Assembly (NCBI GenBank): GCA_048885525.1
Contig: JBHLLP010000037.1
Span: forward strand, 1-34,083
DNA length: 34,083 nt
Reading direction: 5' to 3'
From: Candidatus Hermodarchaeota archaeon
GTDB lineage: Archaea > Asgardarchaeota > Lokiarchaeia > Sigyniarchaeales > SOKP01
Position numbers and translations under genes: made by a program
The notes under the pieces: model-generated
What the model saw: the letters and a program-made list of their open reading frames with translations, nothing else
Databases searched by the model: none
What the model was told of the DNA's origin: nothing
Shown: piece by piece, positions 20,365 through 29,729 of the stretch
How positions within the stretch are numbered: the stretch's first letter is position 1
Layout of the letters: each line of letters begins with the position of its first letter

Positions 20365-21048
20365 ATGAATGATAAGAATTCTGAGCCTAATCCATATGTA
20401 AGATTTGTTATTATGTATGTTTTTATAGCTTTAGCGCTTTTTCTTCCTGCAGGGACAATATTTTGGTTACAAGGGTGGATTTACATAATACTAATGATTT
20501 TATTCTCCACTTCATTAATGACTTACTTAACCAAAAAAGATCCTGAACTACTAAAAGCTAGAGCGAAAACAAAAACTACAGAAAGTTGGGACAAAAAGTT
20601 AGGCTTCATTGGTACACCTTTTTTCATATTAATGTATATACTTCCTGGTTTTGATGCTGTAAGGTTTCGGTGGTCAAAACTACCACTTTATATTAATATA
20701 ATTGGTTTTATTGGCATGATCCTCTCAGTTACTCTCTTTTCTTTAGTTCTTCGAGAAAATAGATATCTTTCAAGGGTTGTTGAAATTCAAGAAGAGAGAG
20801 GACATAGAGTTATAACCACAGGTCCTTATAGAATAGTACGGCATCCAATGTATTTAGCCGTTACTTTTTTATATATTTCTCACTGTATTGCGCTAGGGTC
20901 GTTATTTGCTTTAATCCCATGCGCATGTATTATTATAACGATAATTATCCGTACAATTCGTGAAGATAAAATGTTACATGAACAACTTGAAGGATATAAG
21001 GAATATGCTCAAAAAACTCGTTATAAACTGATTCCACATATATGGTAG
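20365..21048 (+). CDS. Isoprenylcysteine carboxyl methyltransferase (ICMT/PEMT) family membrane protein
   Basis: Multiple transmembrane segments; ENRY.S..VEIQ..RGHRVITTGPYRIVRHPMY and IRT..ED..L...L.GY.EY. Confidence 0.9.
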   Translation: MNDKNSEPNPYVRFVIMYVFIALALFLPAGTIFWLQGWIYIILMILFSTSLMTYLTKKDPELLKARAKTKTTESWDKKLGFIGTPFFILMYILPGFDAVRFRWSKLPLYINIIGFIGMILSVTLFSLVLRENRYLSRVVEIQEERGHRVITTGPYRIVRHPMYLAVTFLYISHCIALGSLFALIPCACIIITIIIRTIREDKMLHEQLEGYKEYAQKTRYKLIPHIW

Positions 21049-21063
21049 ATAATTAAATAAGGA

Positions 21064-21909
21064 CTACTCTATGTCTTCTATAACTGGTTGATCTTCGATA
21101 AATTCACAATCTAAACCTAATTTTTCAAAATATTTGCATAAAGCAATACAAGCAAATTTTTCTGTCGAGTAATGAGTGCCTCCAATTAAATTTATACGTT
21201 TTTCCTTCTCAAACTCATGTGTTTTTTTACTATATTCATTAATGGTAGTTACTCCTGTTATATATGTATTAATTCCGAGATCTATGATTTCTTGTATAAT
21301 ATCTATTTCATTTCCACCTCCAGCTATTAACGCAACTCTTTGGTCTTGAATCTCATCCGATCCATATTTCCATAATTTAGTCATATGCCCTACTTTAGAA
21401 CTTAACTTATCTGCTAATTCTTCAGGAGTTTTTAAATTTGTTTTTCCATAAATTCCTACCATTACCCCATAATACTCATAAAATTCTCCCTCAAAAATTA
21501 TTTCAAGTGCTTTAGCTAAATTTGTTGTTGTTGAATATTCTCCATTCTTATCTAATGGAACATGCATTGTATATATTGAAATCTGCCGTTCCCTTACTTT
21601 CATTAGTATGTTTTTATTAATATCCTGAAAGACATTTGGTTTTCTAATGTCCCAAATCATCGGGTGGTGAGTGACTAAAAGAATTTTCTCTTTCTTTTCT
21701 TCTATCATTTTATTTAATACAAGATCGCTCGGAAAAACTGCTGTATATACATAATTAATTTCTTTAGTGTTATCTACTAAAAGTCCCATATAACGTTTTT
21801 TAAAATTCTCACTAATATATTCATTAAAATCCATACGAGACCAATCATCTTTACATTGATCAAGCTCAAAATCTGTATCAAGTCTTTTATAGAGTGCTTT
21901 TGCTTTCAT
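21064..21909 (-). CDS. NIF3/DUF34 dinuclear metal-centre protein
   Basis: LLVTHHP, MHVPLD, YITG and GGTHYSTE. Confidence 0.88.
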   Translation of the reverse strand: MKAKALYKRLDTDFELDQCKDDWSRMDFNEYISENFKKRYMGLLVDNTKEINYVYTAVFPSDLVLNKMIEEKKEKILLVTHHPMIWDIRKPNVFQDINKNILMKVRERQISIYTMHVPLDKNGEYSTTTNLAKALEIIFEGEFYEYYGVMVGIYGKTNLKTPEELADKLSSKVGHMTKLWKYGSDEIQDQRVALIAGGGNEIDIIQEIIDLGINTYITGVTTINEYSKKTHEFEKEKRINLIGGTHYSTEKFACIALCKYFEKLGLDCEFIEDQPVIEDIE

Positions 21910-22035
21910 CACATTTTCCTAAATTTCAATTCCATATTAATATTATCTTTAGTATAATCAAATTTAAATTGTTTTTAACTGCATTATTGGTATCTTATAA
22001 AAATGAAAGAAATATCCCTATTGTAAGTGAGATCT

Positions 22036-22467
22036 ATGACTAAAAATGATATTAGAAATGAGATAGAAGAAATTGTAAATAGAGAAACTAGAGCTTGGGA
22101 TACACAAGATGTTAATCTTTTAATGACGATATTTCATCCCGATATGGTTTGGCCGTGGCCAAGAACACCACAATCTCATGATCCGATGGATTGGGTTCTA
22201 GAGTGGGGTAAATATGATTACAATCGATGGAAAAATGGTTGGTTGAAATTATTTAATACGCATAAATTAGATCATAATGAAAGAAAAATTCGAAAGATTG
22301 AAATTTCAAAAGAGCGTGATGGTGCATTTGCAGTTGTTGATATTGATACACTTTGGATTGATAAAGAAGGTAATAAAAACCATTGGAAAGGGAGAGTTTG
22401 TAAAGTTTATTCAAAAGTAGGTGATGAATGGAAAATGATAATGCAAACGGGAGTTTTGCTATACTAA
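22036..22467 (+). CDS. NTF2/SnoaL-like domain protein
   Basis: AWD..D...L..IFHPD, beta-rich core, C-terminal YSKVGDEWKM. Confidence 0.78.
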   Translation: MTKNDIRNEIEEIVNRETRAWDTQDVNLLMTIFHPDMVWPWPRTPQSHDPMDWVLEWGKYDYNRWKNGWLKLFNTHKLDHNERKIRKIEISKERDGAFAVVDIDTLWIDKEGNKNHWKGRVCKVYSKVGDEWKMIMQTGVLLY

Positions 22468-22685
22468 ATTTAAACTGGATTTATTTACAAACTGATTCTA
22501 AGTATTTGGTAATAAATTAATGTTAAAAAACGAGTAATGGCAATAAAGTCCTATCTCGATCATGATAAAATTTATTAGAAATAACAAATTCTAAACAATC
22601 AACAAATTATTATTGGTATGAAATAAAGATTTACTTTAATTAAGTTTACCAATTCTTAGAATAAATAAAGAAAATTAACCAAATA

Positions 22686-22690
22686 GGTGA
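22686..22690 (+). promoter_or_regulatory. Shine-Dalgarno GGTGA for rpl10e
   Basis: AGGTGA ends 6 nt upstream of the ATA that opens the conserved uL16 N-terminus. Confidence 0.6.
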
Positions 22691-22696
22691 TTTGAA

Positions 22697-23329
22697 ATAG
22701 CTCATAAGAGGCCATGGAGATGCTACAGTAAATGGAGTCGTAGACCTTATCAGTATAAAAGATCTTCAAACCGTAGACGTGAATTTGCTCGTGGTGGCGC
22801 ACAAAGCAAAATTGTGAGGTTCTGGGGCGGGAACAAAGATATAGACTGGAAGGATTGGGAACTTGTGATTGCACTCAAAGTTAATTCTCAAATTCAGATT
22901 TCCTCAAATACATTAGAAGCAATAAGAATTACTATAAATGGTGCGCTTCAAAAAAAACTTGGAAGACAAAATTATCGGCTTCGAGTACGACCGAAACCAT
23001 TTCAGAAAATTAGAGAAAATAGAATGTTAGCATTTGCCGGAGCAGATCGTGTACAATCTGGGATGAGAAACTCCTTTGGAAGATCGACAGGAGTATGTGC
23101 GCGAGTTAGAGCAGGACAGGTTATTGTAGATGTTGGTACCCATATTAGAAATTTAGCATTAGTAAGAGATAGATTAAGAGTAGCATCAATGAAAATAGCT
23201 AGTTCTTGTCAGATTGTAGTTTTAAAATATAAAACACCTGAATTATTGAAACAATCAGGATTACCTTTATATGATGCCAAAAAGAGAAAAGAAATACCTC
23301 TTTATGAATTAGAATTAGCTAAAACGTAA
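22697..23329 (+). CDS. rpl10e: 50S ribosomal protein uL16 (L10e), probable non-canonical ATA start
   Basis: LEAIRI, RVRPKP...RENRMLAFAGADRVQSGMRNSFG, ARV..GQ. The frame stays open upstream of the tracked GTG (22814) and encodes AHKRPWRCY...RPY, the conserved L10e N-terminus. Confidence 0.93.
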   Translation: MAHKRPWRCYSKWSRRPYQYKRSSNRRREFARGGAQSKIVRFWGGNKDIDWKDWELVIALKVNSQIQISSNTLEAIRITINGALQKKLGRQNYRLRVRPKPFQKIRENRMLAFAGADRVQSGMRNSFGRSTGVCARVRAGQVIVDVGTHIRNLALVRDRLRVASMKIASSCQIVVLKYKTPELLKQSGLPLYDAKKRKEIPLYELELAKT

Positions 23330-23346
23330 AATCAATAATACTTTAT

Positions 23347-24219
23347 TTATTCCGTATTTATCTTTTTCTGTGAGGTTTCCTCTGCATTCTTAAAAATATT
23401 CATTAAGAAGACACCTAAAATAATAATTACGATTGAAATTATTATCCCAATCGAAATTGTCGCTCCTCTCACAATTAATAATTCAAAAAGAACTGGTGCT
23501 ACGATATACAATGAATTATACATTGGTACTAATTTAGATGCATCAGCACCTTTAGCAAATCCTATTTGGGTTAATATCATCGCGAAAAAACCAGCAAGAA
23601 AACTAAATAAGAAAATAAAGCTATCTAACTCTAAACTAAAAATCCCTGCCAAAGTTTCAATAAAATTACTGGAAGTCAATCCAATTCTTTTTAAAACATT
23701 ATCTGTTCCCCCCAAAGTTCCCGCTACAGCACCAAAAATAAATGCTATGGCAATTTTAGTTTTCCAAGAAAATCCAATAAGAATTGAAAATAATATAATA
23801 ATAACTAATATCAAGATAAAAAAATTTGTGTAATTGATATTCCCTGACACTTGTGGTTCTATAATATAAAAAAATCCAACCATAGTCGTTCCGATAACAA
23901 TTAATACTGCTCCTATTAATTCTTTTTTATCAATTTCTTCATGTAAGATATAATGTGAATAGAGCATTAACAATATCAAACCTAATCCAAACACACTGGA
24001 AAAAACAGCTGCGGAAGCAAATGAAGTACCCAATATCTGCCAAATAAAGATTGTACTATTTAAAACAAAACCAATTATGTAGATTAAAGGCTTTTTTCCT
24101 TTTTCTTTAAAGGATTTCTTTCTAGAAAAAATTTCAATGCCATGGCGTTCCATAGCTTTAGCAAGATGTAACACTAGAGTACTGACAATTCCAAATAAAA
24201 GACCTAAAACAACTGACAT
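23347..24219 (-). CDS. DMT-superfamily membrane transporter (NIPA/EamA-like)
   Basis: About nine hydrophobic segments; ILHEEI...ELIGAVLIVIG pattern of DMT proteins. Confidence 0.7.
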   Translation of the reverse strand: MSVVLGLLFGIVSTLVLHLAKAMERHGIEIFSRKKSFKEKGKKPLIYIIGFVLNSTIFIWQILGTSFASAAVFSSVFGLGLILLMLYSHYILHEEIDKKELIGAVLIVIGTTMVGFFYIIEPQVSGNINYTNFFILILVIIILFSILIGFSWKTKIAIAFIFGAVAGTLGGTDNVLKRIGLTSSNFIETLAGIFSLELDSFIFLFSFLAGFFAMILTQIGFAKGADASKLVPMYNSLYIVAPVLFELLIVRGATISIGIIISIVIIILGVFLMNIFKNAEETSQKKINTE

Positions 24220-24351
24220 TTAAAAGAACTATTGATGTGATTATTTATACTTTATGTGAAATACTTAAATAAATTTAGTTAAATTATAAAATATTATAAA
24301 GTATTAATATTGTAAAATTCAAGAATTATAAAAATCATATAAATCTCTATC

Positions 24352-25701
24352 TTGAAAGATCTTGAACCTTTCTTTAATCCTAAAAGCATTCTAATAGTTG
24401 GAGTTTCAAGAAAAGCCTACACTTTTAGTTATACTATTTTAAAAAATCTTTTAGAAATATTCTACAGAGGAAATTTGTACATATTAAATCCTAATGCTGA
24501 TGAAATTTTAGGTATTAAATCTTATCATTCTTTGGAGGAGTTACCTGAGATTCCAGAGTTAGCAGTAATCGTTTTAGGAAAAAAAATTGCTGAAATCTTT
24601 GAAAAAGTAGCGAAATTCGGCGTGAAAAACATAGCGATTGAATCAGAATTGAGAATTGAACTTGAAGACCTTGAATTGATAAAAAATTTGAATGAAATTA
24701 GTGAGAAATATGGAGTTTCTTATATGGGGCCTTCAATGATAGGAATTATCAATTTTAACAGTAATTTTACTACATCAATTATTCCGGTAAGGCAATATTT
24801 AATGCGTAAACATCGAAGAATAAAAGAAGGGATAAGTTTTATTGCTCAATCAGGAGGTTTAGCTGGAGCAATGGGTTGGTGGTCACCATCTCAAGACTTG
24901 CCTATTTCCAAGGTGATTCATTTAGGATACGGATTTGATATTAATGATGCGGATGTTTTATATTACTTTAAGGAAGATGCCACAACTAAAGTAATTTCAA
25001 TGTTTCTAAGAGAAATCACACATGAAATTATAAGAGCTGTCAAAGATATTGCAAAAATTAAACCCGTTCTTTTCTTCTATGTAGGAAAAGATGAATCAAA
25101 AGAAACTGAGTTAATTAATGTAGGTGGAATCAGTGTATTAAATTATATTGAACTTTTCGATTTTGCTAAACTATTCTTATGGTGTCCAGAACCAAAAGGT
25201 ACTAATCTAGGGATAATAGGACCAAGTTCTGGTGCTATTTATTTAATTGTTAAAGAAATGAGAAAGCAAGGATTATCACTTGCGAGAGTGAGTCAAGAAC
25301 ATAAAAAAATTATTCTTGATAAAGTGGGTGGTTCTACATGTAATCTGGGAAATCCCGTTGATTATTGGCCACCTGAAAAGTTTGTAGGTACAAAAATATG
25401 TGAAATATATAACACTTCCTCTAAAACTTTATTGAAGGATGATGCTGTTGAGGGATTAATTTTAGCTTTAGAATTTTTTATAGAAATTGAATTTGACTTT
25501 AATATATTTGCCAATATAAAGAAATCCTTCCCCACTAAGCCTCTTATCTCAGTTTTAATTCAAGCAGAACACGATGGCGCAAAAAGAGTTATTAAAACAG
25601 CTTCAGAGTTAAAAATTCCTGTGTTCGAAAATGAAATTGAACGAGCTGTTCGGGGATACAAAGTACTTTTTGATTGGTATTCGAAAATAAAAAAGAAATA
25701 A
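24352..25701 (+). CDS. ADP-forming acetate/acyl-CoA ligase alpha-subunit homolog (CoA-binding), apparently lacking the catalytic phospho-His segment
   Basis: FFNPKSILIVGVS, LNPNADEILG...Y.SL.ELP, IAQSGG, SSG, NPVD; no SHTG motif. Confidence 0.85.
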   Translation: MKDLEPFFNPKSILIVGVSRKAYTFSYTILKNLLEIFYRGNLYILNPNADEILGIKSYHSLEELPEIPELAVIVLGKKIAEIFEKVAKFGVKNIAIESELRIELEDLELIKNLNEISEKYGVSYMGPSMIGIINFNSNFTTSIIPVRQYLMRKHRRIKEGISFIAQSGGLAGAMGWWSPSQDLPISKVIHLGYGFDINDADVLYYFKEDATTKVISMFLREITHEIIRAVKDIAKIKPVLFFYVGKDESKETELINVGGISVLNYIELFDFAKLFLWCPEPKGTNLGIIGPSSGAIYLIVKEMRKQGLSLARVSQEHKKIILDKVGGSTCNLGNPVDYWPPEKFVGTKICEIYNTSSKTLLKDDAVEGLILALEFFIEIEFDFNIFANIKKSFPTKPLISVLIQAEHDGAKRVIKTASELKIPVFENEIERAVRGYKVLFDWYSKIKKK

Positions 25702-25704
25702 AAA

Positions 25705-26964
25705 TTAATTTGTGAAAATATCTTTTAGTTCATCGGGAATTTCATCAGATTCATCCATTAAAGAGAGTGCATATACAATTTCTCCACATTTACATTGTGT
25801 TCCTTCAAAGAGATAAAATTTGAATTGATCTTTCCAATTACATATTTGAACATTACTTATTTCTGCAACCTCACCGCATACACAAAAAATTGCCATAGTT
25901 TCCGAATAATTAGGTATAATTTCTGTGAAATCTTTCTGAGCCTTACTAAATTCAGAGTTATTTAACATGTCATTAATCTTTTCAGCGTATTTATCTTTAA
26001 GCGTTGGAACGAAATAATTGATGATTCCATCTTTGCCTTTCATATCTGAAAGTGTAATAAAATTCCTCTCTACTTTCTCTTCTTTCTTTTTTCTCGAAAT
26101 TATAGGTTGTTGATATTGCTGAAGTTGCTGTGGGATAGGAAATGGTTCTACATCTGCTGGGTATTCGAAGGTATAAAAGTATTGCATTGATCCTCTTATA
26201 TTCTTTTGATTCAATAATGTTAAGTTCTCATAATCTCTACTATGGAGCATAAATTTTATTAACTGAAGAGGCACTCTTAATTCGATCAGTCTAGATCTAA
26301 TATTATCTAATAATTCACCAGCAAAATTCTTTAAAATCATAATATCTTCTCTATTTTCAGAATAAATCTGATTTTTGTTTTGCTCTTTAAACGCAAACCA
26401 TTTCTTAACAACATTGCCTTTAACTAATTGAGGCACCATACAAAAGACACATAGTATGGGAAAGAGAAAAAAAACATTTATCGGTAAAAAAGCCAAAATA
26501 AAGACAAGTACAAATAACGGTAATGTAATTAGTAATGTTAATTTTCGTAGACGTTTATCCATTGAACCTTTTATACCTTTACTAAGAGCAATTTCCTCTG
26601 CTTTAAGTTTTAATTTATTAACAATATCAATGATTCCTTTTGATTCGAAGCTCTGTTGTAAAATTCTATCCTCTTCTCTTCCACTACTAAAATTGTCTAT
26701 ATGTGTTGTAATTTGTTTTATGTACTGGTTTAAAGTGCTATCCTTAAAGATGAAATCTAAAGTTTCTTCTGAGAAATAGTCTAAAAAGCGTACTATAAAG
26801 AGTTTTTTCTCAACATCTTGAATATCTGTTGGACCCAAACCAAGCGCTTCTTGAATCATCTGACCTTGAGTTTTTCTTGATTGTTTCCTTCGCTTTCTCT
26901 TTTTTTCCTCTTTATTCTCTGAACTCTCAGATTTTATCTTTTCATTATTTTCACTGTTTTTCAT
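25705..26964 (-). CDS. Hypothetical membrane protein: basic N-terminus, central TM hairpin, C-terminal CxCG...CxCG putative Zn ribbon
   Basis: 419-aa ORF with KKRKRRKQSRK, LTLLITLPLFVLVFILAFLPINVFFLFPILCVFCMVP and FCVCGE...QCKCGE. Confidence 0.75.
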   Translation of the reverse strand: MKNSENNEKIKSESSENKEEKKRKRRKQSRKTQGQMIQEALGLGPTDIQDVEKKLFIVRFLDYFSEETLDFIFKDSTLNQYIKQITTHIDNFSSGREEDRILQQSFESKGIIDIVNKLKLKAEEIALSKGIKGSMDKRLRKLTLLITLPLFVLVFILAFLPINVFFLFPILCVFCMVPQLVKGNVVKKWFAFKEQNKNQIYSENREDIMILKNFAGELLDNIRSRLIELRVPLQLIKFMLHSRDYENLTLLNQKNIRGSMQYFYTFEYPADVEPFPIPQQLQQYQQPIISRKKKEEKVERNFITLSDMKGKDGIINYFVPTLKDKYAEKINDMLNNSEFSKAQKDFTEIIPNYSETMAIFCVCGEVAEISNVQICNWKDQFKFYLFEGTQCKCGEIVYALSLMDESDEIPDELKDIFTN

Positions 26965-27310
26965 AATGTTGTCAAAACTTAATGTTTTAGAATTTAATCT
27001 AATTAATTATTGACACATAATTAACTTTTGTAAAAATATTTAGTAAGAAAAAATAAAACAAATTGCGAAACAAGTATGCGTTTTGTTTTTTGTTAAATTT
27101 GATTAGTTGGGAAATTGATCTTAAGAGTTAATAATAAGCATATTCTGTTTTTCATATATTTCATTATTTATATTATTAGGGGAATTAGAGAAGATTAAAG
27201 TAATCTAGACAGAGGTAACTATGTAGGAAATAGGTAAAACCAATTAATAAAAACTAAAAATTAAAAACAACAAAAACAATATTAACAATATATAAAAAAG
27301 AATTTTTTGG

Positions 27311-27580
27311 GTGAAAATAACCATTAGGATATCGGTAGAAGACTCTCGCACTGGAAAGTTAATTAAGCTAGATGTTAAAAATCATCATCAGATTGAAAGA
27401 ATAGTTGATATTATCATAAAACATATGGGTATTATAAGTGCGGAACAACGTTCCTATAGTTTAGTTCTTAAAGATCAAGAGCTACCTAGCACAATAACAA
27501 TAGAGGACGCTATTCATAAATTTGGTTTACAGGAGAATGATAAGTTGGTACTTTGGGCTAAAGTTATAGGGGGTTGTTAA
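27311..27580 (+). CDS. Ubiquitin-like (beta-grasp) protein ending in Gly-Gly-Cys
   Basis: 89 aa. Beta-hairpin start (ITIRISVEDSRTGKLIKLDV), helix, YSLVLKDQEL...TI....GLQEND.LVL and C-terminal VIGGC (GGG GGT TGT TAA); next to E1, E2 and JAMM genes. Confidence 0.85.
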   Translation: MKITIRISVEDSRTGKLIKLDVKNHHQIERIVDIIIKHMGIISAEQRSYSLVLKDQELPSTITIEDAIHKFGLQENDKLVLWAKVIGGC

Positions 27581-27607
27581 GTTAGCACTCAATTTACAAT
27601 TATATAA

Positions 27608-28192
27608 TTAATCATCAATAATTATAACATCCTCATCTATTTCCTCTTTTTCCTCGATTTCTTCAGCAGTAATTTTGAGTTCTTCCTTTATATTTTCCAT
27701 GGATTTCTTTTTAAATAATTCTGCAGCCTCTAAACAAATTGCATAATTAAGTGGATCATCAGGATTTGGATTTTCTATTAAATTTTTAAGAGCTTTAATC
27801 GTTGTTTCTAAATCAGATAATCGTGACCATTTCTTCAAGACATTTAGACAAATATATCCAGTACCTAAAACCCCTGGAGCAATTTGAACTGGATGAATAT
27901 TTGGATGAAATATATTCGTTATCCAAGAAAAATCAATTCCACCAGGATAGGGAAAAGAACGATTTATTTTCAAAAAAACTTGGTGAGATCTTTGTGGCGT
28001 TAATTCTCCTTTATTCTGGATAATTCCTAATGCATTTATATTTATTGTAAATTCAATACTCGTATCGCCCTTAATAATAGAATTTTCTTCTAACACCCTT
28101 AACTTTTTAATATTATTTAGTTCATTTTCAATTCTGTCCTTCCAAATCTCAAATGGTAACTCTGGCAATTCTTTTTCAACCTCTCTCCTCAA
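27608..28192 (-). CDS. Ubiquitin-conjugating enzyme E2-like
   Basis: SFPY, ITNIFHPNI, GYICLNVLKKWS (catalytic Cys) and NPNPDDPLN..AA; acidic C-terminal tail; TTG start. Confidence 0.93.
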   Translation of the reverse strand: MRREVEKELPELPFEIWKDRIENELNNIKKLRVLEENSIIKGDTSIEFTININALGIIQNKGELTPQRSHQVFLKINRSFPYPGGIDFSWITNIFHPNIHPVQIAPGVLGTGYICLNVLKKWSRLSDLETTIKALKNLIENPNPDDPLNYAICLEAAELFKKKSMENIKEELKITAEEIEEKEEIDEDVIIIDD

Positions 28193-28275
28193 TTTTACTT
28201 TTTAAAAATTAAATCATAATTATTATTGATTTTTTTCTTTTTTATTTTTTTGATATTTTTTTATAATTATTATAT

Positions 28276-29160
28276 TCAATTTTTCTTTTCGTATGAACAT
28301 GTCCAACAATCTGGGTTCTTCAGTTTCTCAACAACCCTAAATTTATTCAATAGTCCATTATAATTTAACTGTTTACCAATCAGAGGTTTACCTATAGACG
28401 AATTCCAATTACCATGTTCTTTAAAATATTCAATACCTAAAACAAATTTCAGTACTTGTTGTGATTGTAGACCTCCAATAATAGAAGTTGTTGTTATAAT
28501 TGTTGCTATCTTCGCAATTGTTTCACCATTTTCACTCTGAATTTCTTCACCTGTACATGAAAATTTTTTCCACATTAAATCTAAATCAGCATTGGATATA
28601 CTGCATTGTAAACAAGCTGCATCTTTTTCTTTAGAATAAACTGCTTGAACACTACCAAAAAATTCTTCAATTCCAGAATCCACAAAAGGAACTTGGTAAT
28701 AGTAAGCATAATTATTTGCTTGTAATCTAGCCTCAACATTGTCAAGACATGAACATATGACATCAGATTTTTGATACAGAGTTTTATCAATATCATTTAA
28801 ATCCTTTTTAATAGCTACAATTTCTGTATCAGGATTTAATTCTTCACAGGCATTTTTTACTACATCCACTTTATAATCTTTATTTTGAGCACTTTGGCTA
28901 TTAAATAACACACAGCGATTTAAATTTGAAATATTTATGAAATCATAGTCAACTAATATTAATTTTCCAATACCAGTTAACACCAAATTCTTCACAACCT
29001 CATTCCCAGTAGCACCTACACCGATAACCATAACTGTTGCGTTTGAAATTTTATTTTGATCCCAACCCTTAATACGTTTTTGACGATCAAATTTATCCGA
29101 GTCTATTGACTCAAAACCATAGACTTTATAATCCTTATTTTTTTGTTCTTTACTTGGCAT
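28276..29160 (-). CDS. Ubiquitin-activating enzyme E1-like (ThiF family adenylyltransferase)
   Basis: FDRQ, VIGVGATG, VDYD.I.ISNLNR, K, CLDNVEAR, CLQC, putative catalytic FSCT and CWTC. Confidence 0.92.
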   Translation of the reverse strand: MPSKEQKNKDYKVYGFESIDSDKFDRQKRIKGWDQNKISNATVMVIGVGATGNEVVKNLVLTGIGKLILVDYDFINISNLNRCVLFNSQSAQNKDYKVDVVKNACEELNPDTEIVAIKKDLNDIDKTLYQKSDVICSCLDNVEARLQANNYAYYYQVPFVDSGIEEFFGSVQAVYSKEKDAACLQCSISNADLDLMWKKFSCTGEEIQSENGETIAKIATIITTTSIIGGLQSQQVLKFVLGIEYFKEHGNWNSSIGKPLIGKQLNYNGLLNKFRVVEKLKNPDCWTCSYEKKN

Positions 29161-29178
29161 CTATAAGATTTATTAAAT

Positions 29179-29676
29179 TCAATTTATATTTATATTAAGA
29201 ATCGCATAACTAACTTCTTTATAACCCTTTTCTGAACTTTTGTCTAATGTAAAAAATTGAAAGTTATCATTTACGGGATCAACAACTAAAGCTACTTGGT
29301 ATGATTCAGGGAAGAAAAATTCTTGAGTTTTTACATCCGTTGGAGATAGAAAACATCCAAAGCCTGGATGACTGTGCCACCACCCAACAACTCTTAAACT
29401 ATCATCTTCTCTTTTTCTTTTTAATCTTTGAAATTTTTTTTCATATTTACCCGCAGTTCCCTCTATTTGAGATGTTGAATATTTATCACTATGGATTGCG
29501 CCTATAAGGAAAAGAAGTTCTTTAATTCTAATATATATTTTTTCATTCCATTTCAAGATATTACCTATTAGGTATCCAAAAATTTCATTTTGAATATTCT
29601 TGCATAATAATTTAATTTTAACTAAAACATCTTGATTAACATATATAGGAAATATATAATTTTTTTCTAATGTCAT
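29179..29676 (-). CDS. JAMM/MPN+ metalloprotease (Rpn11/AMSH-like deubiquitinase or Ubl-processing protease)
   Basis: EIFGYLIG (catalytic Glu), [19 protein letters not shown] (HxH-x7-S-x2-D) and ALVVDP. Confidence 0.93.
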   Translation of the reverse strand: MTLEKNYIFPIYVNQDVLVKIKLLCKNIQNEIFGYLIGNILKWNEKIYIRIKELLFLIGAIHSDKYSTSQIEGTAGKYEKKFQRLKRKREDDSLRVVGWWHSHPGFGCFLSPTDVKTQEFFFPESYQVALVVDPVNDNFQFFTLDKSSEKGYKEVSYAILNININ

Positions 29677-29729
29677 AATAATTTTTTCTTCTTAATTCCT
29701 TTTAAAGAATTAATTTTAAAATTTTCCCA

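Noticed and set aside
22688-22816. Frameshift, pseudogene or selenocysteine explanation for the short tracked rpl10e
   Set aside because: The conserved N-terminus is in the same frame with no shift, and the upstream TGA is part of the SD and precedes the conserved start.
20365-27580. Idea that the ICMT-family enzyme methylates the Ubl C-terminal Cys (CaaX-like processing)
   Set aside because: The genes are about 6 kb apart, the ICMT gene is paired with its own TetR, the family is widespread in prokaryotes, GGC is not a CaaX box, and no prenyltransferase is present.
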